Made by a program: the position numbers and the translations under genes. Below, one piece after another: positions 20,433 through 29,781 of a stretch of 59,855 bases of DNA. Every line of letters begins with the position of its first letter. Position 1 is the stretch's first letter. Origin of the DNA: an uncultured Sphingomonadaceae bacterium. GTDB lineage: Bacteria > Pseudomonadota > Alphaproteobacteria > Sphingomonadales > Sphingomonadaceae. The stretch lies in assembly GCA_964612175.1 (NCBI GenBank), contig CAZTED010000001.1, positions 2,378-62,232 of the forward strand. The letters run 5' to 3'. The notes under the pieces were generated by a model that was not told the DNA's origin, did no database searches, and worked only from the letters and a program-made list of their open reading frames with translations.

Positions 20433-22189
20433 CAGATAAGTCCCCTTGCCATGGTATAATCGGGCGGTTCCGGAGCGGTCCCGTCATCATTGACGAGCGC
20501 TCCCCAGGCCTGGTCCTGCGACAGGAACACGCGGCCGCTCAGTTCGGACAGGAAATGGCTGCCGTTCAGGCGGTCCATCACCGGCCCCTTCACTTCGGAC
20601 AGGTGCAGCGAGATGCCGGTAGCAGCGAGGCGATGGTTGATCGCCTCCAGGCTTTCCAGCCCGGTCGCATCGATCGCGTTGACCGCGCTGCACATCAGCA
20701 CGACGTGGCGCAGGGCGGGCCGTTCGGCCACGCGCTCCAGCACGTATTCCTCCAGCCAGCGGGCGTTGAGGTAGCTCAGGCTTTCGTCGATGCGGATCGA
20801 CAGCAGGTGCGGCAGGGTCAGCACCTTGTGCCGCTCGACATTGCGGAAATGCTCGGTCCCCGGCACCCGGCCAACAATCGCCGCATGGGGGCGCGAAGCC
20901 TTCCACAGGTACAGCATCAGGCCCACCACAACGCCCGCGATCACACCCATCTCCACGCCAGCCAGCAGGGTCGTGCCGATGGTCGCGGCATGGGCGGCGA
21001 AGTCCGCTTTCGAATAGCGCCACAGGCGGCCGGGTGTCTTGAGATCGACCAGGCTCAGCACTGCCACAACGATGGTTGCCGCAAGGGTTGCCACCGGCAG
21101 GCTGGCGAGCAGCGGGGTGAGGAACAGCGAGGCAAGCGCTATGCCCGCCGCGGTATAGGCCCCGGCGGCCGGCGTCTGCGCGCCGGCATCGAAATTGACC
21201 ACCGAACGGGCAAAGCCGCCGGTCACCGGATAGCCGCCGGAAAAGGCCGAGGCGAGGTTTGCCGCGCCCAGCCCCACCAGTTCCTGGTCCGGCGAAATGC
21301 GCTGACGGCGCTTGGCCGCAAGCGTCTGGGCGACAGACACGCTTTCGACAAAGCCGATCACCGAGATCAGCAGCGCAGGCACCCACAGCTGCGCGATCAG
21401 GCCCGGGTCGGTGCTCGGCACTGCAAAGGGCGGCAGTCCCTGTGGTACTTCGCCAACCAGCTTCACGCCGGCTGCACCCAGGTCCAGCACCACCACGGCA
21501 AGGATCGTCAGCGCCACGGCAACCACCGGGCCGGCCTTGGCGGCCATGCCGGCGCTCTTGCTGGCCAGCCCCAGCTTCTCCAGCATCGGCGCGCCGCCCT
21601 TGCGCACCCAGAAAAGGAACGCGGTGACACCTGCGCCCAGCACCAGCGTCGGCAGGTTGGTATCGGCCACGTTGGCGGCAAGGCCGGACAGCATCTGCGG
21701 CCATGTCTCGCCGCCGCCACCGATGCCGAGCAGGTGGCGCAACTGGCTTGTGGCAATCAGCACACCGCTGGCGCTGATGAACCCGGCGATGACCGGGTGC
21801 GACAGCAGGTTGGCAAGGAAGCCCAGCCGCAGGATGCCGAGCACCACCAGCATCACGCCGGAAAGCGCCGCCAGCGTGATTGCCGCTTCCATGTATTGCA
21901 CCGTGCCCTGGGCAGCCACGGCGCCGGCAGCGCTGGCCGTCATCAGGCTGACCACGGCCACCGGCCCCACCGCCAGTGTGCGGCTGGTGCCGAACAGGGC
22001 ATAGGCCACCAGCGGCAGGATCGAGGCATAGAGCCCCACCACCGGCGGCAGGCCCGCCAGCATGGCATAGGCCAGGCTCTGCGGGATGAGCATGATGGTC
22101 ACGATCACCGCCGCCAGCAGGTCTGCCCCCAGCGTGTCGCGATTGTAGGTCGCACCCCATTCGAGGATCGGGAAATAGCGCCGCAGCAT
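20432..22189 (-). CDS. sulP: SulP family anion transporter with STAS domain
   Basis: IPQSLAYAMLAGLPP, GPVA and TGGFARS motifs; C-terminal STAS (IDATGLESL, VKGPVMD). Confidence 0.95.
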   Translation of the reverse strand: MLRRYFPILEWGATYNRDTLGADLLAAVIVTIMLIPQSLAYAMLAGLPPVVGLYASILPLVAYALFGTSRTLAVGPVAVVSLMTASAAGAVAAQGTVQYMEAAITLAALSGVMLVVLGILRLGFLANLLSHPVIAGFISASGVLIATSQLRHLLGIGGGGETWPQMLSGLAANVADTNLPTLVLGAGVTAFLFWVRKGGAPMLEKLGLASKSAGMAAKAGPVVAVALTILAVVVLDLGAAGVKLVGEVPQGLPPFAVPSTDPGLIAQLWVPALLISVIGFVESVSVAQTLAAKRRQRISPDQELVGLGAANLASAFSGGYPVTGGFARSVVNFDAGAQTPAAGAYTAAGIALASLFLTPLLASLPVATLAATIVVAVLSLVDLKTPGRLWRYSKADFAAHAATIGTTLLAGVEMGVIAGVVVGLMLYLWKASRPHAAIVGRVPGTEHFRNVERHKVLTLPHLLSIRIDESLSYLNARWLEEYVLERVAERPALRHVVLMCSAVNAIDATGLESLEAINHRLAATGISLHLSEVKGPVMDRLNGSHFLSELSGRVFLSQDQAWGALVNDDGTAPEPPDYTMARGLI

Positions 22190-22330
22190 GGCCGTTACCT
22201 GCCCCTGGCGTCAGGCCGCGTGACTTGCGCCAGCGATCGGGGGGTCACGGGATCGGCGAAAGCGCAACCGCTGCCGGTGATGCCCTCGTGCGCGCTTGCT
22301 GCCATGGGACCGTTCCTCTCTCGCTGGTCG

Positions 22331-22750
22331 CTAGATCCGGTCCGCGACCAGCCGGTGCATAACCATGCCTGCCAGCAAGGCGATCAGGAATGTGCCGATC
22401 GGCATGACCGGTGCGGTGCCGATCGAGGCAACGGCCGGACCGGGACACAGGCCGGCGATGCCCCAGCCAACGCCGAACAGCGCAGCACCTGTCAGGAGCT
22501 TGCCGTCGAGGTGCCGTGTGGCTGGCAGGTGGAACATGCTGTCGGCAAGCGGGCGTTTCATGCGCGGCTGGAACAGCCAGGCCACCGCCATGACCAGCAG
22601 CGCGCCGCCCATCACGAAGGCAAGCGTCGGATCCCAGGCACCGAACAGGTCCAGGAAGCCGCGCACCCGCGCCGGGTCCATCATGCCGGACAAGGCCAGC
22701 CCGATGCCGAACAGAACGCCGGAGAGAAGGGCGAGAAAGTGCTTCATCAC
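22331..22750 (-). CDS. YeeE/YedE-type sulfur-compound transporter subunit
   Basis: FGIGLALSGM, WDPTL and FGVGWGIAGLCPGP motifs. Confidence 0.9.
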   Translation of the reverse strand: MMKHFLALLSGVLFGIGLALSGMMDPARVRGFLDLFGAWDPTLAFVMGGALLVMAVAWLFQPRMKRPLADSMFHLPATRHLDGKLLTGAALFGVGWGIAGLCPGPAVASIGTAPVMPIGTFLIALLAGMVMHRLVADRI

Positions 22751-23193
22751 CAGCCGAGCCCCACTGCATTCATGATCGCAACCGTGGCGATGCCGCTCGC
22801 CATGAAGGACAGCGTTGCCGCTATCGACCGGGGAGACATTCGCGACATGCCGCAGACTCCGTGGCCGCTCGTGCAGCCGGAACCAAGGCGCGTGCCGAAG
22901 CCGACCAGCAGCCCGGCCACGGCGAGCAGGGGAAGGGATGGGAGAAAGCTTGCCGGGATCGGACCAGCCGCCAGCGCAAAGGCAAGACCGCCCAGCATCA
23001 GCCCGACAATGAAGGTGAAGGCCAGGCCGCGCGGCGGACCGCTCTCGGCCAGTCCCGTTGCCCGCGCCAACAGGCCGCTGACGCCGGCAATCCGGCCATT
23101 GCCCAGCAGCATCACCGCCGCCGCAAGGCCGATCAGCAACCCGCCGATGAACCCTTCCACCGGCTGCGCATCAGGAAAGCCCGGGAGCATCAT
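22747..23193 (-). CDS. YeeE/YedE-type sulfur-compound transporter subunit
   Basis: GRIAGVSG and GTRLGSGCTSGHGVCG motifs. Confidence 0.9.
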   Translation of the reverse strand: MMLPGFPDAQPVEGFIGGLLIGLAAAVMLLGNGRIAGVSGLLARATGLAESGPPRGLAFTFIVGLMLGGLAFALAAGPIPASFLPSLPLLAVAGLLVGFGTRLGSGCTSGHGVCGMSRMSPRSIAATLSFMASGIATVAIMNAVGLGW

Positions 23194-24116
23194 ACGGCAT
23201 TCACCGGGATCTTGATGTAGCTGATGCCGTTGGGTTCCGGCTCGGGCATGTGGCCGGCGCGGATGTTCACCTGGACCGCTGGCAGGATCAGTTCAGGCAG
23301 GTCGAGCGTGGCATCGCGCGCCGTGCGCATGGCCACGAATTCATCCTCGGTCACGCCGTGGTGGACATGGACGTTGCGGTCATGCTGCTCGCCCACGGTC
23401 GATTCCCAGGCATAGGTATCGCGGCCCGGGGCCTTGTAATCGTGGCACATGAACAGCCGCGCATCGCGCGGGAGCTGCAAGAGCCGCCGGATCGACCGGA
23501 ACAGCTGGCGCGCATCACCTCCAGGGAAATCCGCCCGCGCCGTGCCATAGTCGGGCATGAACATGGTATCGCCCAGGAACACCGCATCGCCAATGACATA
23601 GGCCATGTCGGCCGGAGTGTGGCCGGGAACGTGCAGCGAGATCGCCGGGATCGCGCCGAGGGCAAAGGTGTGCCCGTCCTCGAACAGGTGATCGAATTGC
23701 GACCCGTCACGCGCGAAATCGCTGCCGGCGTTGAACAGCTTGCCGAAGACCTGCTGGACCTCGGTGATCGCCTGGCCGATGGCCAGCTTGCCGCCGAGTT
23801 TTTCCTGCAGGTATGGCGCTGCCGACAGGTGATCGGCGTGGGCATGGGTCTCCAGCAGCCAGGTCACTTTCAGATTTTCCGAAGTAACGTGGGCAAGGAT
23901 CTGGTCTGCGGAGGCATGCGAGGTGCGCCCCGAATTGGGCCGGTAGTCGAGCACCGGGTCGATCACTATCGCCTCGCGAGTCGCCGGATCATGGACGACG
24001 TAGGAAATCGTATAGGTCACCGGGTCGAAAAATCCTGTGACTACTGGCCGTTGCGCCGGATCGGCAAGGGCATCCTCCACCTGGACACTGGCCTGCCGGA
24101 GGAACTGGTCAGTCAT
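23190..24116 (-). CDS. MBL-fold persulfide dioxygenase (Blh/ETHE1-like)
   Basis: ETHAHADHLS, PGHT, GDTMFMPDYGTARADF and CHDY motifs; start MTDQFLRQ. Confidence 0.9.
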   Translation of the reverse strand: MTDQFLRQASVQVEDALADPAQRPVVTGFFDPVTYTISYVVHDPATREAIVIDPVLDYRPNSGRTSHASADQILAHVTSENLKVTWLLETHAHADHLSAAPYLQEKLGGKLAIGQAITEVQQVFGKLFNAGSDFARDGSQFDHLFEDGHTFALGAIPAISLHVPGHTPADMAYVIGDAVFLGDTMFMPDYGTARADFPGGDARQLFRSIRRLLQLPRDARLFMCHDYKAPGRDTYAWESTVGEQHDRNVHVHHGVTEDEFVAMRTARDATLDLPELILPAVQVNIRAGHMPEPEPNGISYIKIPVNAV

Positions 24117-24129
24117 CAGGGCACCCTCA

Positions 24130-24165
24130 TAAATTACGCTTACACATATTATGTATATGTCTTGC
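24130..24165. promoter_or_regulatory. AT-rich operator-like site in a divergent promoter
   Basis: ACATA-T-TATGT inverted repeat in an AT-rich patch between the dioxygenase and peroxiredoxin genes; probable ArsR site (inference). Confidence 0.45.
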
Positions 24166-24197
24166 GTCATGGATGTCAAGATGGTAGCAGCCCGGCC

Positions 24198-24845
24198 ATG
24201 AGTGAGAGCAATTCCCACGGCGAGTTCCGCCCTTGCCTGCGGATCGGTGACATGGCCCCTGATTTCACCGCACGCAGCACCTGTGGCCCGGTGAGCCTGT
24301 CGGACTATCGCGGGCGGTGGCTGGTGCTCTTCTCGCACCCGGCCGATTTCACACCGGTATGCACCAGCGAATTCGTTGCCCTTGCCCGCGCGGCAGACAG
24401 GTTTGCTGCACTCGACTGCGCGCTGCTGGCTCTGTCTGTGGACAGCCTCTACGCCCATTTCGCCTGGGTACGTGCCATCCACGAACGCTTCGGCGTGGAA
24501 GTCCGCTTCCCGATCATCGAGGATCCCACCATGGTGGTGGGCCGAGCCTATGGCATGGTCGGCCCGGACGCGACCGACAGCTCCACCGTCCGCACCATTT
24601 TCTTCATCGACCCCGATGGCGTGATCCGCGCGCTGGCCTCCTACCCCCTCAACGTCGGCCGGTCGGTGGAAGAGATGCTGCGCACGCTGGCCGCGCTCAA
24701 AGTAGCGGATGCGACGGGCAACCTTGCGCCCGAAGGCTGGCAGCCCGGACGACCACTACTGGTGCAGCCCGATCCCGATCTCGACAAGGTCTTTGCCTCT
24801 CCCAGTGCCTCGGCCTGGTTCCTGAATGAAGGCGCGCAGGAATGA
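24198..24845 (+). CDS. Peroxiredoxin (Prx6-like)
   Basis: FSHPADFTPVCTSE, LSVDS and YPLNVGR motifs. Confidence 0.9.
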   Translation: MSESNSHGEFRPCLRIGDMAPDFTARSTCGPVSLSDYRGRWLVLFSHPADFTPVCTSEFVALARAADRFAALDCALLALSVDSLYAHFAWVRAIHERFGVEVRFPIIEDPTMVVGRAYGMVGPDATDSSTVRTIFFIDPDGVIRALASYPLNVGRSVEEMLRTLAALKVADATGNLAPEGWQPGRPLLVQPDPDLDKVFASPSASAWFLNEGAQE

Positions 24846-25192
24846 CCGTTGCGCAGGTGGAACTGTTCAAGGCACTGGGCCATCCCCTGCGCTTCCGCAT
24901 TCTCGCCACACTGTCAGACGGCGAGCACAATGTCGGCGAGATCGAGGAGGCGAGCGGCATTAGCCAGCCTGCCCTGTCACAGCAACTGGCCGTGCTGCGC
25001 GGCGCGGGCCTTGTAACCACCCGGCGTGATGCCAAGCAGGTGTTTTATGCGATCGTCCCGGCCGAATTGGAAAAGCTGGCCGCTGCCGTAGCCGGGCTGA
25101 TGCCTCGCTCATCGGCGCCAGCAGCGCCCGTACCCAGCGCAGGGCGAACGGTGCAGACCAGCGCTGCGGTGTTTGCGAAGCTCAACCGCTGA
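24842..25192 (+). CDS. ArsR/SmtB family regulator (BigR-like, no Cys)
   Basis: FKALGHPLRFRIL and SQPALSQQLAVLR HTH; ATGA overlap with the peroxiredoxin. Confidence 0.9.
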   Translation: MTVAQVELFKALGHPLRFRILATLSDGEHNVGEIEEASGISQPALSQQLAVLRGAGLVTTRRDAKQVFYAIVPAELEKLAAAVAGLMPRSSAPAAPVPSAGRTVQTSAAVFAKLNR

Positions 25193-25466
25193 TCGTCACC
25201 GGCGAGCTGCCATAGGCCACAGGCTCTGCGCGGGGATCGGGCGCGGTGTCGATCTCGCCATTGGCGATGAATACCGGCACATCGATTGCAGCAGCTTCAC
25301 GGGTGACAACGCCGGGCCCCAAAGGGCCACGCTCGGGAGCGAAGTTCAGCCCGCCTGGCATGAAGGGCGTTCCCCATGCCGGGACGGGCAAGCCGCTGCG
25401 CGCGGGACAACCCAGCAGATCCTCGGCCACGATGTCTTCGGGGGCGACAGCGATTGCCTGTTCGGA
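25193..25466 (-). pseudogene. Fragment of an alpha/beta hydrolase gene
   Basis: Reads ...PGVVTREAAAIDVPVFIANGEIDTAPDPRAEPVAY..., a hydrolase C-terminal-like segment with no credible start and cut at the arsR stop. Confidence 0.5.
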
Positions 25467-25486
25467 ACGAAGTATGTGTTTCCCTC

Positions 25487-25521
25487 AAAAAGAAAGGGGG
25501 CAGCGATTGGCGCTGCCCCCT
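25487..25521 (-). terminator. Rho-independent terminator of the receptor-OmpA gene
   Basis: GGGGGCAGCG-loop-CGCTGCCCCC followed by a T-rich run on the minus strand. Confidence 0.8.
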
Positions 25522-25622
25522 GACCTTTTGTCCTTCATGGTGATCAGGACCCGGTCGTTTCGCTTTCACCCGAAGGGTTTGCGGAACGTCCGGCCCTGAC
25601 CGCCCTGGCCGGGTGCCTGGCC

Positions 25623-28607
25623 TTACCGGCCCGAGCCCGGACCGTAGGTGATTTCCACGCGGCGGTTCTGCAGTTCGCGAACACCGTCGGCGGTCGGCAC
25701 CCGGTTCTGGCTTTCACCGAAAGCCTCGCTCGAGATGCGTGCGGCCGGAATGCCCTTGCCGGTCAGGTATGCCTGGACCGAGGCGTTGCGACGCTCCGAC
25801 AGGCCGATGTTGTAGGTCACCGGGCCCGAACGGTCGGCGTGACCTGCCAGCATCACCGAAGCGCGGCCGCAGTTGCCGTAAGCCGTGACGGCCGAGTCAA
25901 GCACGGTAGCCGCTTCCGGCGTGATCGCCGACTGATCCCAGTCGAAGAACACGATGTACGGACCCTGGTTGCACTGCACCACCGGCGGCGGCGGAGGAGG
26001 CGGCGGCGGAGGCGGCGGAGGCGGCGGCGGCGGGGGAGGAGGCGGCGGCGGCGGCGGCGGCGGCGGCGGAGGCGGCGTGGGCGAACCACCACCAAACCGC
26101 ATCGTTGCACTTACGCCATAGGTCCGCGGATCACCCGGCATGTAGCTGGTGAAGCCGAGCGGCGTTCCCTGCACCGCCAGGAAGCGCGTGAAATACTGCT
26201 TCTTGGTTATGTTGCGCGCATAGAAGCCGATTTCGAGATCGGGATTGTCGAACTGGTAAGCAATGCGGCCGTTCAGCAAACCGTAGGCCGGGATGCGCGA
26301 TGTATCCTGGAGCCTGGTATTGAGCGCGGCGATCTCTGCAGCCGTCCGGCCGACACGTTGCGGCGCGGATGCAGCAACAGGCGCCGTGAACGTATCAGAC
26401 CGCCACGAATAGTCTGCATTGAGCTTCAGGCTGCCCGGCCCCATCTCGACCGTGTAAGCGCCGAAGACCCCCACAGTGTATTCGGGCGTGTAGGGGAAAG
26501 CGGCACCAGACCAGTCGGACCCGTCGAGGTTGAAGTACTCGTCATACTCTGCATCGATATAGCCAAAGTTCCCGCCGAGGGTCAGCCCGCGAACAGGTGC
26601 AATGGTCAGTTCGGCTTCAAGCCCGCGGATAGTTCCCTCAGCCGCGTTCTCGATACCACCGACAAGGCGCCCCTGGGCAATGCCCACCTGGTTGCGCTGA
26701 ATATTGGTGATGTCGGAGTTGAAGGCGGCGAGGTTCAGGCGGACGCGGCGATCCAGCAGATCGATCTTTGCGCCGATTTCATAGTCGGTCACAACCTCAG
26801 GATCGAACCCGACAGCAGGAACACCGCCGGCAATCGCGCGGGTATTGAGGCCCCCCGAACGCTGCGAACGGCTGGTCTTGGCATAAAGGAACAGGTCACT
26901 GGTAACCTCAAGGTCGGCACTCAGCAGATATGACCAGTAGCTGTAGTCACGCTGGAACGACGCACGGAAGGGATCGTTGGGATCGCCATCGCGCAAATCG
27001 TCAACGACCACGTTGTTGACCGTCAGGACCAATGAGGAGGTCACAGCACCCGTGAGTACGTTGCGATCGCGGTTGCGAATGACCAGGTTGCGCCGGTCTT
27101 CGGTGTAGCGCAGGCCGCCGGTCAGCCGGAAGCTGTCCGTCACCTGGAAGATCAGTTGCCCGAATCCTGCCAAGCTGCGGTTGCGCACTTCGGAATCGAT
27201 GATCCCGACGCTGGGGTTGAGCGGGAAAAGGCTGGCGCTTTCCGAGTTATCAGTCCCGTTTTCAGTGAAATAGAATGCGCCCAGAATGTATTCGACCGGC
27301 CCCAATTGCCCTGTGAGCTGGAATTCCTGCGAGAACTGGTCCTGATTGATGTTGTTGGCGGAGATGCCGGCGAATCCGCCACTAATGCCGTAGGGTGTCC
27401 CATCATTGTCGGTAAGCGAATCAAGCAGCACGCCGCGCCAGGCGGTGGTCGATTTCAGCGTTGCGGCTTCCGAGAATTCATATTCAAGGATGCTTGAAAC
27501 GCCATAAGTGTCGCTGCGGCCATAGGCCGGGACGTTACCAGCCTGGTTATAGAATCCGGGATTGTTGACACCGCCAAGGGCGTAGGTCCCGATCGGGCCG
27601 GGGCGCGGGTTGTTGACCGTGCACAAGGGAATGGCACCTGACTTCAGCCCAGCAAGGTAGCCTGCCGTCTGCGCCTGGGATGGCGGGAACGGCGGAAGAG
27701 CCTGGGTGCCGCATGCAGCTGCCAGAAGCTCTGTCGGCAAATAGGGGAACGCCTGCGGGCTGGCCGCTGCCGCCGGATCAACCTGCGAAAGGGTCGGATC
27801 GTAGGAGCGCAGGCCAACCAGTTCACCGGAATTGCGGAAGCTGGAGTAGTCGCCCGAGAACAGGGCGGAAAAACCACTGCCGACCGGCGCAAAGCTGAGC
27901 GAAAGGCGGCCGTATTCGGAATTCCGGTCACCCAGCGGGCGATCCAGGGTAACGTTCTGGCCGTACCCATCATGCTGTCGGTGCTGCATTGCACCGCGGA
28001 TCGCGATGGAATCGGTGATCGGAACGTTGACCACGCCCTGGAGAAGGACCGAATCATAGTTGCCGTAGTCGACGCGGAAGGAGCCTTCGAATTCATCGGT
28101 CGGCCGGTTCGGGATGATGTTGATCGCACCACCGGTGGTATTGCGTCCGAACAGGGTGCCCTGTGGACCGCGCAGCACTTCAACGCGCTGGACGTCGAAC
28201 AGGTCGGTCGCGCCGCCGGTCGAACGGGCGGCATAGACGCCGTCAATGTAGACGCCGATCGCCTGGTCGATCGCGATCAGGCCGTCACTGGCACCCTGGC
28301 CACGCAGGAACACGGCGGACGACCCCGGCTGGGCAACAGCGGCGGTAAAGGTGAGGTTCGGCGTGGTCGCCTGCAACTGCTGGATACCCACGATCTGCCG
28401 GTCGGCCAGATCCTCACCCGTGATGGCGGTGACTGCGACTGGCGTGATCTGCAGGCTTTCACTCGTCCTGCGGGCCGTGACGATGATCTCGCTCACGCCG
28501 CCTTCCGAGGCGTTCTCTTCAGTATCTTGCGCCCACACAGGCACCGCAAACGTCATCGCGGACGCAAGAACGGTACCAGCCAGCAAGTGGTGAATCTGCA
28601 TCGCCAT
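25623..28607 (-). CDS. TonB-dependent receptor fused to a poly-proline linker and an OmpA-like C-terminal domain
   Basis: EIIVTARR TonB box, VEVLRGPQGTLFGRN plug, last strand PRTYGVSATMRF, then about 31 Pro and YIVFFDWD / GHADRSG / YNIGLSERR / NRRVEI OmpA motifs. Confidence 0.9.
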   Translation of the reverse strand: MAMQIHHLLAGTVLASAMTFAVPVWAQDTEENASEGGVSEIIVTARRTSESLQITPVAVTAITGEDLADRQIVGIQQLQATTPNLTFTAAVAQPGSSAVFLRGQGASDGLIAIDQAIGVYIDGVYAARSTGGATDLFDVQRVEVLRGPQGTLFGRNTTGGAINIIPNRPTDEFEGSFRVDYGNYDSVLLQGVVNVPITDSIAIRGAMQHRQHDGYGQNVTLDRPLGDRNSEYGRLSLSFAPVGSGFSALFSGDYSSFRNSGELVGLRSYDPTLSQVDPAAAASPQAFPYLPTELLAAACGTQALPPFPPSQAQTAGYLAGLKSGAIPLCTVNNPRPGPIGTYALGGVNNPGFYNQAGNVPAYGRSDTYGVSSILEYEFSEAATLKSTTAWRGVLLDSLTDNDGTPYGISGGFAGISANNINQDQFSQEFQLTGQLGPVEYILGAFYFTENGTDNSESASLFPLNPSVGIIDSEVRNRSLAGFGQLIFQVTDSFRLTGGLRYTEDRRNLVIRNRDRNVLTGAVTSSLVLTVNNVVVDDLRDGDPNDPFRASFQRDYSYWSYLLSADLEVTSDLFLYAKTSRSQRSGGLNTRAIAGGVPAVGFDPEVVTDYEIGAKIDLLDRRVRLNLAAFNSDITNIQRNQVGIAQGRLVGGIENAAEGTIRGLEAELTIAPVRGLTLGGNFGYIDAEYDEYFNLDGSDWSGAAFPYTPEYTVGVFGAYTVEMGPGSLKLNADYSWRSDTFTAPVAASAPQRVGRTAAEIAALNTRLQDTSRIPAYGLLNGRIAYQFDNPDLEIGFYARNITKKQYFTRFLAVQGTPLGFTSYMPGDPRTYGVSATMRFGGGSPTPPPPPPPPPPPPPPPPPPPPPPPPPPPPPPPVVQCNQGPYIVFFDWDQSAITPEAATVLDSAVTAYGNCGRASVMLAGHADRSGPVTYNIGLSERRNASVQAYLTGKGIPAARISSEAFGESQNRVPTADGVRELQNRRVEITYGPGSGR
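25983..26075. repeat. NGG trinucleotide run encoding about 31 consecutive prolines (minus strand)
   Basis: CGG/AGG triplets in the reading frame of the receptor gene. Confidence 0.9.
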
Positions 28608-28812
28608 CTCCCATGTGTTATTTATTGTTGAACATAGTTAGATGATTGGGATCATCCGATGTCAAGCGCTTTCTCGCCCGGCGCAAGTTTTGCTGACGCG
28701 GGTGTCCGGACTGCATACAACTACGGCGATCAGCGCACTCCGGGCGCTATCCGGCCCCAGGCCAGCCACGCCATTCGTGCAACCGGCGGCGGGACAAGCA
28801 ATTCAGCTGCAA

Positions 28813-29643
28813 TCAACCCGCGGCAGGGTCACTCGCACTGGAATGGACCCGCATGATCATCGACTGGCTGGCGGCCGCCATCAGCACGCCATCAGGCGAG
28901 AACAGGTTCATCCGGCCATGGACGAGGCCATGGACCAGCATGTCGAGCTGGACATCGCACAGGATCCATTCGCACGGCGTGATCCGGCCATAGCGAATGG
29001 TGTTGTCGAGGCTGTTCCCGCCGGCATGCAGGCCCGTGGCTGACGCGATGGCAGAGGCGACATAGTCGGCCGCGATCGCCAGCAGCCGTGCATCGGCCAG
29101 GCAGCCTTCCCTTGACCGCAGCCAGAACACCAGCCGGCCATCGCCGCGCCCCCTGATCAGCGGATCACCATGAAAACGCCCTTCGGCCACGCGGATCTCG
29201 AACCGGGCATTCAGCCCGGTGCCGTCACCGCGCCAGTAGTTGGCCGGGCGGCAATCTTCAGGTGGCGCAACCGCGGGCATGGCCACCCACTGGTCACCCG
29301 CCCGGTCTTCGCGCGCGCCAAGGGCGGCCTGGACGGTAATGATCGACTGGTCGGCCACATGCAGCAGCACATTGGCCTGGGTCGTCATGCGGCCGGTCAC
29401 CGGGACCTGAACGTCCAGGTCAACCGTCGTCCCCGGATGGACAAAGGAAAGGTATTGCGCCGTCGCCCAGATCACCGGGCGCTGGCAGACCCGCTCCATC
29501 GCCTCGATCGAGGCCGCCATGCCGACGCCGCCGAACAGGAACTGGCGTTCGGCCGCGCCGGTGCAGAGATTTCTTTCCACCGTCAGTGACCAGCGGCGCG
29601 GATTATCTGTGGGCTTCAGTTCGAACATGGCAATATCTGTCAC
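28813..29643 (-). CDS. TesB-like double-hotdog acyl-CoA thioesterase
   Basis: LFGGVG, WATAQYLS, SLDNTIR and AASQS motifs; GTG start after AGGAG. Confidence 0.82.
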   Translation of the reverse strand: MTDIAMFELKPTDNPRRWSLTVERNLCTGAAERQFLFGGVGMAASIEAMERVCQRPVIWATAQYLSFVHPGTTVDLDVQVPVTGRMTTQANVLLHVADQSIITVQAALGAREDRAGDQWVAMPAVAPPEDCRPANYWRGDGTGLNARFEIRVAEGRFHGDPLIRGRGDGRLVFWLRSREGCLADARLLAIAADYVASAIASATGLHAGGNSLDNTIRYGRITPCEWILCDVQLDMLVHGLVHGRMNLFSPDGVLMAAASQSMIMRVHSSASDPAAG

Positions 29644-29735
29644 TCGCTCCTGGTCACGTTGCTCTGCTGGTGATGCCAGTGCCAGTCTGGCAAGCGTGGT
29701 CACCTTGCTTGATGTCTTGCACCCCTAGGCTGCAA

Positions 29736-29756
29736 TCGTATATATCATAAATACGA
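29736..29756. promoter_or_regulatory. Palindromic operator-like site
   Basis: TCGTATATAT-C-ATAAATACGA (1 mismatch) in the divergent promoter between the thioesterase and ligase genes. Confidence 0.6.
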
Positions 29757-29781
29757 AAATCCATATGGTGAGGGAAGAGAG

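Noticed and set aside
20393..23215. 940-aa + strand ORF (and similar long ORFs such as 17431-19635, 15770-17536, 9533-11257)
   Set aside because: They lie antisense to well-supported genes and have no recognisable motifs; long shadow ORFs are expected at high GC.
25839..26933. Poly-Arg ORFs; GGC run as a non-coding microsatellite
   Set aside because: These are alternative frames of the poly-Pro linker; variation at the wobble position supports Pro coding.
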